The position numbers were made by a program, and so were the translations under genes. From contig CAVYYI010000001.1 of the NCBI GenBank assembly GCA_963772725.1, forward strand, positions 64,001-128,000: DNA of 64,000 bases. The letters run 5' to 3'. The notes below the pieces were generated by a model. It searched no databases, had not been told where the DNA came from, and saw only the letters and a list, made by a program, of their open reading frames with translations. Numbering within the stretch: the first letter of the stretch is position 1; each line of letters begins with the position of its first letter. The stretch is from an uncultured Phycisphaerales bacterium. GTDB taxonomy: Bacteria > Planctomycetota > Phycisphaerae > Sedimentisphaerales > Anaerobacaceae. Of this stretch, positions 46,144 through 58,278 are shown piece by piece.

Positions 46144-49100
46144 ATGCGTTTAAAATTAACAGTTTTAATGGTTCTTGTTTTATTACTGGTTGTGGTCGGC
46201 AATGTCAGGGGAACCACCCGTACCTGGGACCACGGCGGAGCCGATAGGCTCTGGAAAACCGCGGGTAACTGGTCTTCAGATACCGTGCCGACAAGTGCCG
46301 ATTATGCTCAAATTGTCGACACTGGCTCAGATAAGCCGATTATCAACTCAGACCACACAGGCGCAAACGCTGCGAGGTGCTACGACCTGAGGCTGGGATA
46401 TAACGCAGGAACTTCTGGTGAAGCTGAAATGACCGGCGGTGAGTTAATCTGCAATTCGAGGCTCCAGTGCGGATATAATGGAACAGGCACTTTTACGATG
46501 AGCGGAGGAAGTATTGCAGTTACAACTTATGATGTGGATATCGGCGCTGCTGTCAGCGGTACGGGAAGCGTATTTAATATGAGCGGCGGTACCATTAACT
46601 CGGCAAGATACTTTTATGTTGGTCACCTCAGCGCCGGCACCTTTAATATGAGCGGCGGTTTGGTTACGGCTACCGGCGGCAATACCATCATTGGACAGGG
46701 CGCCAGCGGCGGCAACTACGGCACAATAAATATCAGTGCCGGTACCATAGATACAACAGGCCAGCTTATCAGGCTTGGTTATAACACCAGGGGTATTATC
46801 AATATGACCGGCGGTCGAATCGAGGCCGGCGATTTGCATGTTCCGTATTCCGATTCTTACAGCGGTCAGGGTGATGTAAATCTCCATGGCGGCTTAATCA
46901 ACACCGCTGCATTCTGGATGGGCAGCAACGGATATATGGATATTCAATCAGGGACGCTCATAATAGACGGTAATGTAACATCGACAATCAATTCTTATGT
47001 TTTGGCGGGCAAAATAAAAGGTTATGGCGGCAACGGCCTGGTCAATATAAGCTATAACACACCCAACGCGGGCAAAACAACTGTAACAGCGGCGAGCATG
47101 ACAAATGCTTCTAACCCGAATCCCGCAGATGGCGCCATAAACGTAGATACAGATACCGACTTGAACTGGTCGGCGGGATTTGGTGCGACATCACACGATG
47201 TATATCTTGGCACCATTTGGGCTGATGTGAATAGCGCTACTACTGCTTCATCAGTATTCAAAGGCAACAGGACGGATGCAATTTTTGACCCGGGTACACT
47301 TGTATCTGGCAAGACCTACTACTGGAGGATCGATGAAAAGAACGGTAGTACCTATAAAGGCGATGTCTGGAGTTTTACGACGCAGACAACCAGCCTTACG
47401 CTTGAGAATAGTGCCTATAAGCTTGCTCTTGACCAGGATTTTGATGTTTTCGTAAAAAATAAAAATTCAAATACAACCTCGACGTTTACGACGCAATTTA
47501 CGGTGATATATAATGCTGTTAGACCAACTTTGTCATCAACCAGTGATTTGACTGCAACCTGGAAATCGGCTGGAAAAAATCTTTTTGGTACAGGCACAAA
47601 CACAAATATAGAAGCAGTCAATGCTGAGATAATAGATAATAATATAGTTTTGACATATCCTGCACAGACCAATTTTGATTTAACTGCCTGGCTGGATTTG
47701 TCAACCGATTACAACGAGCCGGCTTTGAGATATACTCTAAAGGCCAAGAATGCCGGCTGGTTCATGCTCGGTTATACCGGCGCTCCTGAGACTGACCCCA
47801 ATACTATGGAGAAGTTTCATCAGCCGACGATGTGGGGTGATGGTGTTATAAAACCTCCGGACGCTGCTGTTGCTCCTGCTTTCCCGACCACACCCAAATT
47901 CTGCCAGGAATTTCTCTGCCCGCTTCCTGCGGTTATGACAAGAGATGTTAATGGTGTGGATTGTGCAGTAGTCGTCAGTCCGGATTATCAGTCATTCCGA
48001 CTGCCGCATTACAAGAACGTCGAATTCGGCATTTGCATCAGGAATTTAGACGGCAAGGCCCAGCCGATGATTTTCTCACCGGAAATGGGCGCACAGGAAG
48101 CGAACCTGCCGACCGATAAGGATTCGTACCTTGCAGTGGATGCAACTCACAGCTTTGGTGTTCTGCTGGCGGTAGATAATTCCAAATGGTACGATTTCTA
48201 CAAGGGCATAGTCAAGAACATCTTTAAATTCAGGGACCAGCGGGATAATACAGGTACGGGCTCTTTGAATACGTTTTTGGCCAATATAACTGATTACGCA
48301 ATGGATGCCGACGGCAATAACTACAATATGTGGGACTCTAACCAGAAATGCAACGAGTATTTGACTGACCAGGCGTATTCATTCAAGATTCTGGGCGGAT
48401 TGTTTGCAATCAATTCCGCGATAGTCCTGGACAACAACGAGATGTTCTGGTCCCGCTCACTTCCGCAGGTCGAATACGCTCTCAGCCGTGAAGCCGAGGG
48501 GTTCCATCCTTATGATTACAACTACAATACACAGATGACGTACAACAATAATATGAACGGCCCATGGATGAGCGGAATAGAATTGGGTAATTTGTACCGG
48601 CTCACCGGCGGTCGTACCAAGGCATTTGAAATCTATTCTAAGGAAAAAGGCCATAACAACCAGCAGAGCTTTTTCTATGAATCCCTCGAGTGGTATCGTC
48701 TCTATGGCGACAGCAATGAATTGACCGCTGCTGATTACCGGCGCCTACTACACAATAAATACCAGCCACTACCGCTGTTGTGATTTTCAGAAGTTCCTGG
48801 AGATGTATGAGGAAACCGGGGATTCCAACTACTTGGATGCGGCAAAAGTTAATGCATACCAGTTTATGTCGTCTCTCAATACTTCACCGAGGGTTAAGGA
48901 TGAAAATTACTTAGTGGATGAGTTTAATCAGGCGCCTATACATTTCCAGACCCCTGGCAGATGGCTTAATATGGGATTTGATCCGCCGGTAGCAATGTAC
49001 GCCCCTGAACAATCGGTACCTTCGTGGCGTGTAGCGCTTACCGGTATGCAGCCGGAGTCATGGAGGGCATTTACGTTCCAGGAATTTCCGGGCGGATTGA

Positions 49101-50596
49101 TGCGGCTAAGCAGATATGCAAATGACGACTTCATGCGAACTATGGCACGATGGTCAACCGTTGGCAGATGGGCAAATTATCCTTCCCAGATGTTCCCAAG
49201 GAAGTATTCGCTGGTCTATGAGCAGGATGATTTCTGTATGCATCCGCTGGAGTATATGACTTTCAGCTCAATGCACTTCTGGCATCACTGGATGTCTATA
49301 CCCTGGACGATTGATTTTATGGTTAATGACGTACTGGTCAAAGCCGACGGCAACATCGATTTCCCGTCTCGAAGACTCTTTGACGGCGGTGCAGGCAGCA
49401 GGTTTAATATCTGGGGCGACAGGCCAGGAACGTTCTACGGCGACGAGAACGTAAACCTTTGGATTCCCAACAACCTGCTAACACTCAGCAGCCGGCAGAT
49501 TAACTACATTGCAGGTCATGGCAACGGCAAGCTTTACCTTGCCTTATCGAACCAGTCCACAAGTGCTCTTACAGGTGTTACTGTAACCGTTGATGCCAAC
49601 AGGGTTGATTATGACGCTTCGCATACGGTAAAAGTCTGGGAAGACAACTTGGCTAAATCCGATAAGACCCTCTCGAGCGGTACGGTAGAAGTCAATGTCC
49701 CTGCAAGAGGTCTTACAGCTCTGATTATCGAGAATGTCAGTGCCATAACCAGCAGGGTTCATACCAACCTGTTCAAGCCGGCTTACACGCTGACTGACAA
49801 TAGTCTTGTCAGAACCACCGAAAGCTTTGGCAAAATGGTTGGTATGATTATTTCCTTTGGCCCTGAGCTGACCGAGGCATATACCTATACCGATGCTCGG
49901 CCTTGGTATTCTCAGGGCATCGCAGGCGATACAAACAATGTAAAGATGCTCTACGCGATTGACGGCGGCTCATGGCAGGCAACCGCAATAGACAAGGTCT
50001 TTCCATTTGAATTCTCTGTTAAGATCGACCCTGATATCAACACATTTGCTTACAAATATGAGCTAAGGAACGATAGTAATGTGCTTACGACATCGAGTAC
50101 GTACACCCTGGTAGTTACACCTTATCAAGCCAGCAAACCGAGTCCCGCATATCAGGCGGCAGGGGTATCTGCAACCGCTGATTTAGGCTGGAAGGCGGGA
50201 TATTATGCTGCTTCACACAATGTCTATTTCGGTACATCGAAATCTGACGTTACTACCGCAACTACTGCTTCATCAGTTTACAAAGGTAATCGAACCGGTA
50301 AAACTTATGACTCAGGTAACATGACCCCGGGAGTTACTTACTACTGGCGGGTTGATGAAGTTAATGGGGTCAATATCTGGCAGGGAGCGGTCTGGAGTTT
50401 TACGGTGAAACTAAAACAGGGTGATTTTAATCGTGATGACAAGGTCGATTTCTACGATTTAGCTGTATTTACTTTACACTGGCTTGAAGATAAACATATC
50501 GGTGGTGATTGTCCGCAACAGCCGGTCGGAGACCTCAATGATGATTGCAGGGTTAATTTTATTGACTTTGCGATAATGGCTATGAACTGGGTTTGA
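46144..50596 (+). CDS. Large secreted modular protein with unassigned core (frameshifts near 48730-48780)
   Basis: Close paralogue of 38005-42777; ORFs 46114-48783 and 48803-50596 are collinear halves. Confidence 0.85.
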
Positions 50597-50640
50597 GGAA
50601 TTGTTACCCCTGAGGTGTAAAAATCCTGGAGGATTGGTAT

Positions 50641-53600
50641 ATGAAAAAAGCACGTTTAGTTCTTCTGTTGCTTGTTCATAGCATAATGCCAGCTGATTGG
50701 ATAACGGCGGTTAAGGCGGAAATTCAGTTGATTGCACCTGATAGTCTTGCAGCAGCGGCATCAAGTGAAAGCACGCAATGGGGTAATCGTTTTGCGATAT
50801 ATGCTGTTAATGGCAGCGGAATGACCGGCGATGCACACAGTGCATCAGGTGCAAATAATCAAATGTGGATGAGTTACAGCGATGCTCTGCCGCAATGGTT
50901 TAAGGTCGACCTTGGTTCCAGTTTTGATATGAATTCCATGAAGGTCTGGAACTTTAACTGGACAGGTTATACCAATAGAGGCTGCAAAAATGTCGATATT
51001 TATTACTCAAACTCAGGCAGTGACCCTGGCAATCCGATTAACAATCCGGCCAACTGGAATTTTTTCGGCAGTTATATTCTGACGCAGGCTCCCGGTGCGA
51101 ACGATTACGGAACAACTAATGCCGTCATACCGGATGTGATAGAATTATCAGGACTAACCATCCGGTGGTTCGCCCTGAAAATTAACAGCAGCTACGGCGG
51201 CAGCTATTGCGGCCTGGGTGAAATACGGTTTTTCAAGGACGTGGTGACGCCTGAGGTTTTTGCTGCCGGTGACACAAGTAAAGACGGCAGAGTTGATTTC
51301 AATGATTTGCTGATTGTAACACAAAACTGGCTTGCCAGCGATTGTAACAGTCAAAATAATTGGTGCAGCGGAGCAGACATCGACCAGTCAGGCAGCGTCG
51401 ACATGAAGGATTTTGCCGTACTGGCACAAAACTGGCTAAAGCTGCAATCATGGCGTCCCGGAATCGATTCTCAAACCGTTCTCGTTGAAACCGAAAATTT
51501 TACAAATACCGGCGGCTGGGGTATCGACCAGCAGTTTATGGACCAGATGGGCTCACCCTATCTGATTGCGCATGGGCTTGGCAAACCCGTTGCCGATGCT
51601 AATACTGCGGTTCAGTTCTCTGCGGCGGGGCAATACAGGGTATGGGTTCGTACACTGGACTGGATTGCAAAGTTCGGTTACACAGGTTCGCCCGGAAAGT
51701 TCAATCTTATTGTCAACGGCCAAACCATTGCAGCAGCATTCGGGACACAGGGGGCAACCTGGCATTGGCAGGATGGCGGAATGGTTGAAATCATAAATCC
51801 CTTAACCGGTATTGCATTGCACGACCTGACCGGGTTTGAAGGCCGCTGCGATGCGATTCTTTTTACTACCGACCTTCAGTTTGTTCCGCCAAATAAAACA
51901 GAGGAGTTAAAAGCATTTCGCAACTGGGCAGCGAAAAAACCTGTTCAGCCGGATGATGTTGGTCAATTCGACCTTGTAACCTGAACTTTGTTTAAGCTGT
52001 GATGCAAAGAAATTCTCTGGGCTGGTAGCTGACGTTTTCGATTTTGAGCGCAGGCTTTTTCGGCAGTCTCGTATAGGCTACAAGACCGGCTATCAAATGT
52101 GCTAAAAAGTTGATCGGGCTGCGGTGGCGTGAATGTTCGATCTGACAGACATTTTTGAGTGTGTCATTGACCGTTTCAATCAATGAACGCTTTCGCAGCA
52201 GGATTTTATCCTCCAACTCCATCAAACGGCATTTCATATTTGCGCGCATATTGGTTACCAGCTTAATTCCCTTGGCCAACAGTTTTTCAAACAGGCTCTG
52301 GCTGATGTAACCCTTGTCGCCAAATAGCTTTCCGAACAGGCCGTCGGCCATTGTCTCCACCGTGCTGCGATCATCGACATTACCTGCTGTCAGGCGGCAG
52401 CCCAATAAACCGCCGCGGTCATTAATGATCAGATGTAATTTAAAGCCAAAAAACCAGCCCATCGTTGTTTTACCTATTTGAGCAAGCCCGTCGAAAACAC
52501 GGTTGCGGCTGATGCGTTTATTATGACAGACTTTAAGTGCGGTGCTGTCAATAAAAGAAATACCCGTGGGCTCATCCATGCCATCGGTTTGCAAATATAC
52601 AAGCAGCGGGATTATTGCCCTTGGTATCAGATAAACAAAGCGGTCGTAGCTGACCATATCGGGAAAATCATGGCGGTGATGGGCAAGAAGGTAGTGATAG
52701 AAATCCTTGAAAGTGCGATAGCCGCTGGTTTGGAAGGCAATAAGAATAGTCATGATCTCGCTGGTACTTAAGTTGCCTTGCCTGTTGCGTTTACGTGTTC
52801 CATCTTCTATGAGGTGCTTTACATACATTTTTTCAAAAGCTTTCCAACAATCATCGACATTCACAAATAATGTGGTAAAATCCGCTGTCATACGGCCTCC
52901 TTGCCTGCTTGGTTAATAATATTTACAAAACTATTATTTCCATCGGCAGGTTGGCCGTTTTTCTTGTATCCTTATCCAAAGTTCAGGTTGACAACAATAT
53001 TATTTCCTTCGGCAGACAGGCCGTTTTTCTATATCCTTATCCAAAGTTCAGGTTTGTAGTTGTCGGCGGCGGAATGTCGGGAATATGCTCAGCGGTTTCT
53101 GCAGCAAGACTCGGACTCAGTGTTGCCCTGCTCCAGGACAGGCCGGTTCTCGGAGGCAACAATAGTTCTGAAGTACGGGTCGGGCTTGGAGGAACAACCT
53201 GTGAGATGCCATATCCGAATGTCGGAAAACTTGTCAAAGAAATTGAATCAGGCAATAGCGATGCCAGAAAACTTGCCATTGTTCAGGGTGAATCTGATAT
53301 TGCGTTATATCTGAATTATCGGGCAAATCAAGTCGAAATGGATTCAGGCAAAATTACCGCCGTGATTGCTGAAAATATCAGGACTGGCGAGCGAAAGCGT
53401 TTTTATGGCGATTATTTTGCTGACTGTACCGGTGACGGCACTATCGGTTTTTTAGCCGGTGCTGATTTCGATATAACATCTCCTGAATCCGGTCACATGG
53501 GACCTTCAAATATGTGCAGCTGGCAAAATCGCGGATATCCTGTGCCGTTTCCTTCCTGTCCATGGGCGATCAATCTTAGCAGCGGAAACTTCCCGACACT

Positions 53601-54770
53601 CGGCAAATGGTATTGGGAAAGCGGTTTTTATCTCAACCCCTTCGACAAAATTGAGCATATTCGCGACTGGAACTTTATGGCGATGTATGGCGCATGGGAC
53701 TGTCTCAAGAATATCAGGACAAACAATGTTAATGACGAACTCACCTGGGCAGCATATATTGCCGGCAAACGTGAATCACGCAGGTTGCTCGGCGATTTGA
53801 TTCTCACAGAAGAAGACCTTGTGAACAGTATTGCTTATCCTGATGGTTGTGTTCCCACAGGCTGGAGTATTGATGTCCATATGCCCAATCCTGCTTACGA
53901 CCCAAATCCTTCCTATAAAGGCGATGAGTTCATCTCTCTGGTTTACAATTCCGTCAGCTATCCATTACCGTACTGGGTTCCATATCGCTGCCTGTATTCC
54001 CGGAACATTTCGAATCTTTTTATGGCAGGCAGAGACATTAGCGTTACGCACAGGGCGTTAGGCGCCGTGCGTGTCCAGCGAACTACCGGCATAATGGGCG
54101 AAATTGTCGGAATGGCCGCTTCACTGTGCAAAAAATATAATACAGACCCGCGTTCCATATACCAGTATCATTTAGATGACCTCAAACAATTGATGCTTTG
54201 TGGCGTCGGCGCAAATCCCTTTGACCTTAACGATTTTGCTGACCCCTGCGGCCTGATAGCGCCTGAGACATTGACGGCTTCCGCATCATCCAATTATTCC
54301 AGTCGTGACGCCAAGTACGCGGTGAATCGTGCCGGTATGATAGGTCAGGCACATACGAGTTTGACTCCTGTTGGGAAAATGTGGATGAGCGAAGGAGGAA
54401 GCTATCCTCAGTGGTTTAAGGTCGATTTAGCAACAAGCTGCAGCCTTGTTCGAATCAAAATCTGGAATTTTAACTGGACAGGCTACCTCAACCGCGGCTG
54501 TAAGCAGGTTGATATTTACTGGTCGAATTCCGATAGTAATCCCGGCAATCCGGTTGACAACCCGGACAACTGGACGCTGCTCGGCGAAGCGGGACAGCGA
54601 ATTTTAATGCAGGCGCTGGCGCAGATGATTATGGCACAACTAATTCGGTTAAACCCGATGAAATCGACTTTTCAGGTATTACAGCAAGATGGGTTGCACT
54701 CAAAATTAATAGTTGTTATACTATCACCGGCAACTACTGCGGCATAAGCGAGATACAGTTTTATCATTAA
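50641..54770 (+). pseudogene. Secreted modular FAD-dependent oxidoreductase (discoidin-like + dockerin-like + flavoprotein + discoidin-like), split by IS982
   Basis: Removing the IS restores GQFDLV|VVGGGMSG (Rossmann motif); LGGNNSSE, DCTGDG, GKRESRR, PYRCLYS, NLFMAGR motifs; C-terminal frameshift near 54615. Confidence 0.85.
51979..53053 (-). mobile_element. IS982-family element A with an extra outer end (transposase 51992-52891)
   Basis: TIR ACCTGAACTTTG / CAAAGTTCAGGT (inner end 52988, outer end 53053); TSD TTGTA at 51974-51978 and 53054-53058; FIDST, GWFFGFKLH, GDKGY, KRSLIETVN motifs. Confidence 0.93.
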
Positions 54771-54810
54771 GAACTGAACAGTAATGTTATAATTTTTTAA
54801 GGAGAAATAA

Positions 54811-55776
54811 ATGTATAGTAAAACACTAAAAACATTTTTTCTAATCCCCGTTTTGTTTATCGTTGTAACGTCTCTTGCGGCGCAGACTCCCGAAACTGCC
54901 GCACCACGGCAAAAGTTCAAAAGCAAGATGCATATTCCGGTGAAACTTGCCGATGAGTCAACGCCATTACCGCCTGCGGGATACAAACTCGTCTGGTCGG
55001 AAGAGTTTGACGGCAGCCGGCTCAATACTGCTAAATGGGACTATCGTATTGGCATCAGGCGACAGAGCGTCCAGCGTCCGGAGAATGTCTCCGTGAGCGA
55101 CGGTAAACTGCATATCTCGCTGAAAAAGGAAGAATTCGAAGGCCAATCATACACAGGCGGCGGGGTTATCAGTAAACAGTTGTTTGTCTATGGTTACTAC
55201 GAAGCCCGATTCAAAACACCTGCTGCCGAGGGTTGGCATACTTCGTTCTGGACCATGCTGCATCGACCATCAGAAGAGACCTCTGTTGGCACAAAGACTC
55301 CTTATAAGCTTGAAATAGATTTTTGTGAGCAGGACGGCGGCGACCCAAATTTGTACAGCTTTGGTGTAATTGTCCACAAATCGGCCGCCGGGAAAAACCA
55401 GACCCGCAGTGCGGGCCGCTGGGTAATTGAGGATGTTCCCAATACTTCGCTTGATTTTCATGTTTGGGGCTGCGAATTCACACCGGAGAAAGTACGATTC
55501 TATTTTGACGGTAAACTGGCGCACGAAATGGACGCCAATACCTTCCCGCATGGCCAGATGAATGTCTGGCTGACATCTATTGCAGGTGTAATGAAAGGCG
55601 ACCGCTTTGTTGACGATTCAAAGCTGCCAAACGATGCGGTGTTTGACTATGTACGAGTGTACCAAAATCCTAAGTACAATTTAGCCGAGGATGCTGTGCG
55701 AAAAGCTGCAGCAAGGCATGAGCAGGCTCCTGCCGCAAAAACCGATTCCACCCCAGCACACGATGACCTCAACTAA
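54811..55776 (+). CDS. Glycoside hydrolase family 16 (secreted)
   Basis: LVWSEEFDG, YGYYEARF, EIDFCE, DYVRVY. Confidence 0.88.
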   Translation: MYSKTLKTFFLIPVLFIVVTSLAAQTPETAAPRQKFKSKMHIPVKLADESTPLPPAGYKLVWSEEFDGSRLNTAKWDYRIGIRRQSVQRPENVSVSDGKLHISLKKEEFEGQSYTGGGVISKQLFVYGYYEARFKTPAAEGWHTSFWTMLHRPSEETSVGTKTPYKLEIDFCEQDGGDPNLYSFGVIVHKSAAGKNQTRSAGRWVIEDVPNTSLDFHVWGCEFTPEKVRFYFDGKLAHEMDANTFPHGQMNVWLTSIAGVMKGDRFVDDSKLPNDAVFDYVRVYQNPKYNLAEDAVRKAAARHEQAPAAKTDSTPAHDDLN

Positions 55777-55845
55777 ACATGGACAAGTTAAGAGTTTTGT
55801 GAAATAATAATCAATATAACAGTAATCAGAAAGGAAATAAAAAAA

Positions 55846-56781
55846 ATGCAAAATAAAATCACAAAAATAGTTTTTTCTGGTCTCGTGATGGTTTTCATTT
55901 GTACGTCACTTTTGGCGCAAACTTCTGAATCCGCCAAACCTGTTGCACCGCGGCAAAAGTTCAAAAGCAAGATGCACATTCCGATAAAGCTGGCCAGTGA
56001 TATAACGCCGCTGCCGCCTGCCGGGTACAAACTCGTCTGGTCAGACGAATTTGACGGTAATCAAATTGATATGTCAAAGTGGGTTTTTCGCACCGACAGT
56101 AAATTATTCAGCACCCAAAAACCGGAAAATGTTAAAGTCTCCGATGGCAAACTGCATCTGTTACTAAAAAAAGAGCAGGCGAACGGCAAGGAATACACAG
56201 GGGGCGGTGTTATCAGTAAAGAAACATTTGTGTACGCATATTACGAAGCTCGGTTCAGGACTCCTCCTGCCGAAGGCTGGCATACTTCCTTCTGGACGCA
56301 ATTCCATGATGGCTCCGGTGGAACAATTCCTGCTATTGCCAGGCTCGAACTTGACATTTGTGAGCAGGATGGCGGTGACCCCTGCTACTATAGTTTTGGC
56401 GTTATAAATCATAAACCGGACAAATCCAAAAAGGAGAAGGGCAATGTGGGCCGCTGGGTAATTGAAGATACACCTGATACTTCAGCCGATTTCCACATCT
56501 GGGGCTGTGAATTCACACCGGATAAGGTACGTTTTTATTTTGACGGCAAACTGGCACGAGAAATAGATGCCAACACATTCCCTCACGAGGATATGAATGT
56601 CTGGCTCACATCCATCGCAGGCAAAATGAAAGGCGACCGTTTTATTGACGATTCAAAGCTGCCCAATGAGGCTGTTTATGATTATGTCCGTGTGTATCAG
56701 AATCCCAAGTATCTCAATGCCGAAAAGGCCGTTAAAGCTGCTGCCGCTCAATGGCGGGTATCCAGGAAAAACTCTAAATAG
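55846..56781 (+). CDS. Glycoside hydrolase family 16 (tandem paralogue)
   Basis: LVWSDEFDG, ELDICE, DYVRVY; highly similar to the upstream gene. Confidence 0.88.
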   Translation: MQNKITKIVFSGLVMVFICTSLLAQTSESAKPVAPRQKFKSKMHIPIKLASDITPLPPAGYKLVWSDEFDGNQIDMSKWVFRTDSKLFSTQKPENVKVSDGKLHLLLKKEQANGKEYTGGGVISKETFVYAYYEARFRTPPAEGWHTSFWTQFHDGSGGTIPAIARLELDICEQDGGDPCYYSFGVINHKPDKSKKEKGNVGRWVIEDTPDTSADFHIWGCEFTPDKVRFYFDGKLAREIDANTFPHEDMNVWLTSIAGKMKGDRFIDDSKLPNEAVYDYVRVYQNPKYLNAEKAVKAAAAQWRVSRKNSK

Positions 56782-56918
56782 AAAACTCTGTCCCCCGCTT
56801 TCACCGGAGGATTATTTCAATATGATACAGGTTTTGATATTATCCTTGAATTGTAAAAGGCTGTTCGAATAGATTTCCCGCGCCGCGAAATAGCTTGCCG
56901 AATAACTCTCGTCTGGAT

Positions 56919-58070
56919 TTATTTGTTTATGACATTTACCTTTACGTGAATAATCTGGCCGAATGTACCAAAGCCCTTTTGTGACATCTGAAATCTGTGT
57001 TCATACACTTGCTTGTCTTTTGGCGCAGTCATCTGGATATTGAATTTTGCTGTCTTGCCTGGAGCAACTTGATTCTGCATCTGCAAACCAGCGGCAACAT
57101 CCGCACCGACAGAATCATCAACCGCGGTAAGGAAGTAACCATCGGCGGCAGTCCAGCTTTTGGTTCCTTCATTGCGAAGAGTTGCTACAACTTCAAAAAC
57201 ATCGCCGGCTTTAACTTGCAAAGGGACATTGCAATCGACAATCTTTGAGGCATTTTTAATTAAATTAAGATGCGCCTTTTCGTAGAAAAAATTGTACAAG
57301 TCCGCAGATTCAAAAAACTCCGGTATGACCTCATGGCCCTTGCCGGGGACAACAATCAGCCGCATATTGCCTCCGAGTTTATCGTATCGCCTTTTTACCT
57401 CAGCGCTATTCTGTTCAAGAGGTACTGCCTTGTCAACATCGCCGCTAAGGTGCAGAATAGGGATATTTGCTTCTGCCAGCGGTGCTAACCTGTCAATGGG
57501 GTTGAACTTGGATAGATTAGCTGTAAGTTCTTCAACGGTCATATTGTAAACTTTAGCTGCATTGACCAGCTTGGGATAACTTCGTAAATCTCCGACAGGA
57601 TAAATCGCCCCGATGCTGCGAACCAGTTTGGGATTATCCGCCGCCCAGCTATAATGCATAAGCCCGCCCCTGCTTTGGTTAAAAAGATTTGCTTTGGGCT
57701 CCAGACCATAGTCGCACTTCATTAGGTAATTGTAAAAATCAGTGTACTTGGCCCTGCCGGCGTACTCGCCTCGGGATTCCCCGATATTAAATGCGGCAAT
57801 CGTCCAGCCCTGTCTGAGCAGATTATTAAAAATCCACCCGCGGTTTGTATGTGGATTGTTCCCGAGTTCAGGAGAAAACCAAAGCCATGGGCGTGAACCC
57901 TTTGGATAAAGCTCAACATCCGGCCTGATAATATAGCCATTACAGTCATTTACCTGCAGATGAATAATTGTTCCATTCCACAAAGGTTTGGCCTGCGAAA
58001 CAGAGACTACACTAATTATAAGCAGTAAAATCGCTGAAATTACGACAAATGACCCATTATTTTTTTTCAT
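56919..58070 (-). CDS. Secreted alpha/beta-hydrolase (esterase-like) with C-terminal Ig-like domain
   Basis: QSRGG nucleophile elbow, HLSGDVD acid, GKGH His; signal peptide starting MKKNN. Confidence 0.78.
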   Translation of the reverse strand: MKKNNGSFVVISAILLLIISVVSVSQAKPLWNGTIIHLQVNDCNGYIIRPDVELYPKGSRPWLWFSPELGNNPHTNRGWIFNNLLRQGWTIAAFNIGESRGEYAGRAKYTDFYNYLMKCDYGLEPKANLFNQSRGGLMHYSWAADNPKLVRSIGAIYPVGDLRSYPKLVNAAKVYNMTVEELTANLSKFNPIDRLAPLAEANIPILHLSGDVDKAVPLEQNSAEVKRRYDKLGGNMRLIVVPGKGHEVIPEFFESADLYNFFYEKAHLNLIKNASKIVDCNVPLQVKAGDVFEVVATLRNEGTKSWTAADGYFLTAVDDSVGADVAAGLQMQNQVAPGKTAKFNIQMTAPKDKQVYEHRFQMSQKGFGTFGQIIHVKVNVINK

Positions 58071-58278
58071 GTTATTGTCTTCCTTTCCAATCCTGGATTT
58101 CCCAGATAACATTGTGTATCTTTGCTCGGTTACGCCGCTGAATAACATTTTCAATAGAATATCAAACCTATCTCAAAAAATCAATATTTTTTTAAAAAGT
58201 TTGTAAGCGTTGTCCCTAACGAAAATTAAATCTGCAGCTTAGCGTGAAAAATTTGTTACGTTCTTTAAAAATTTATAA

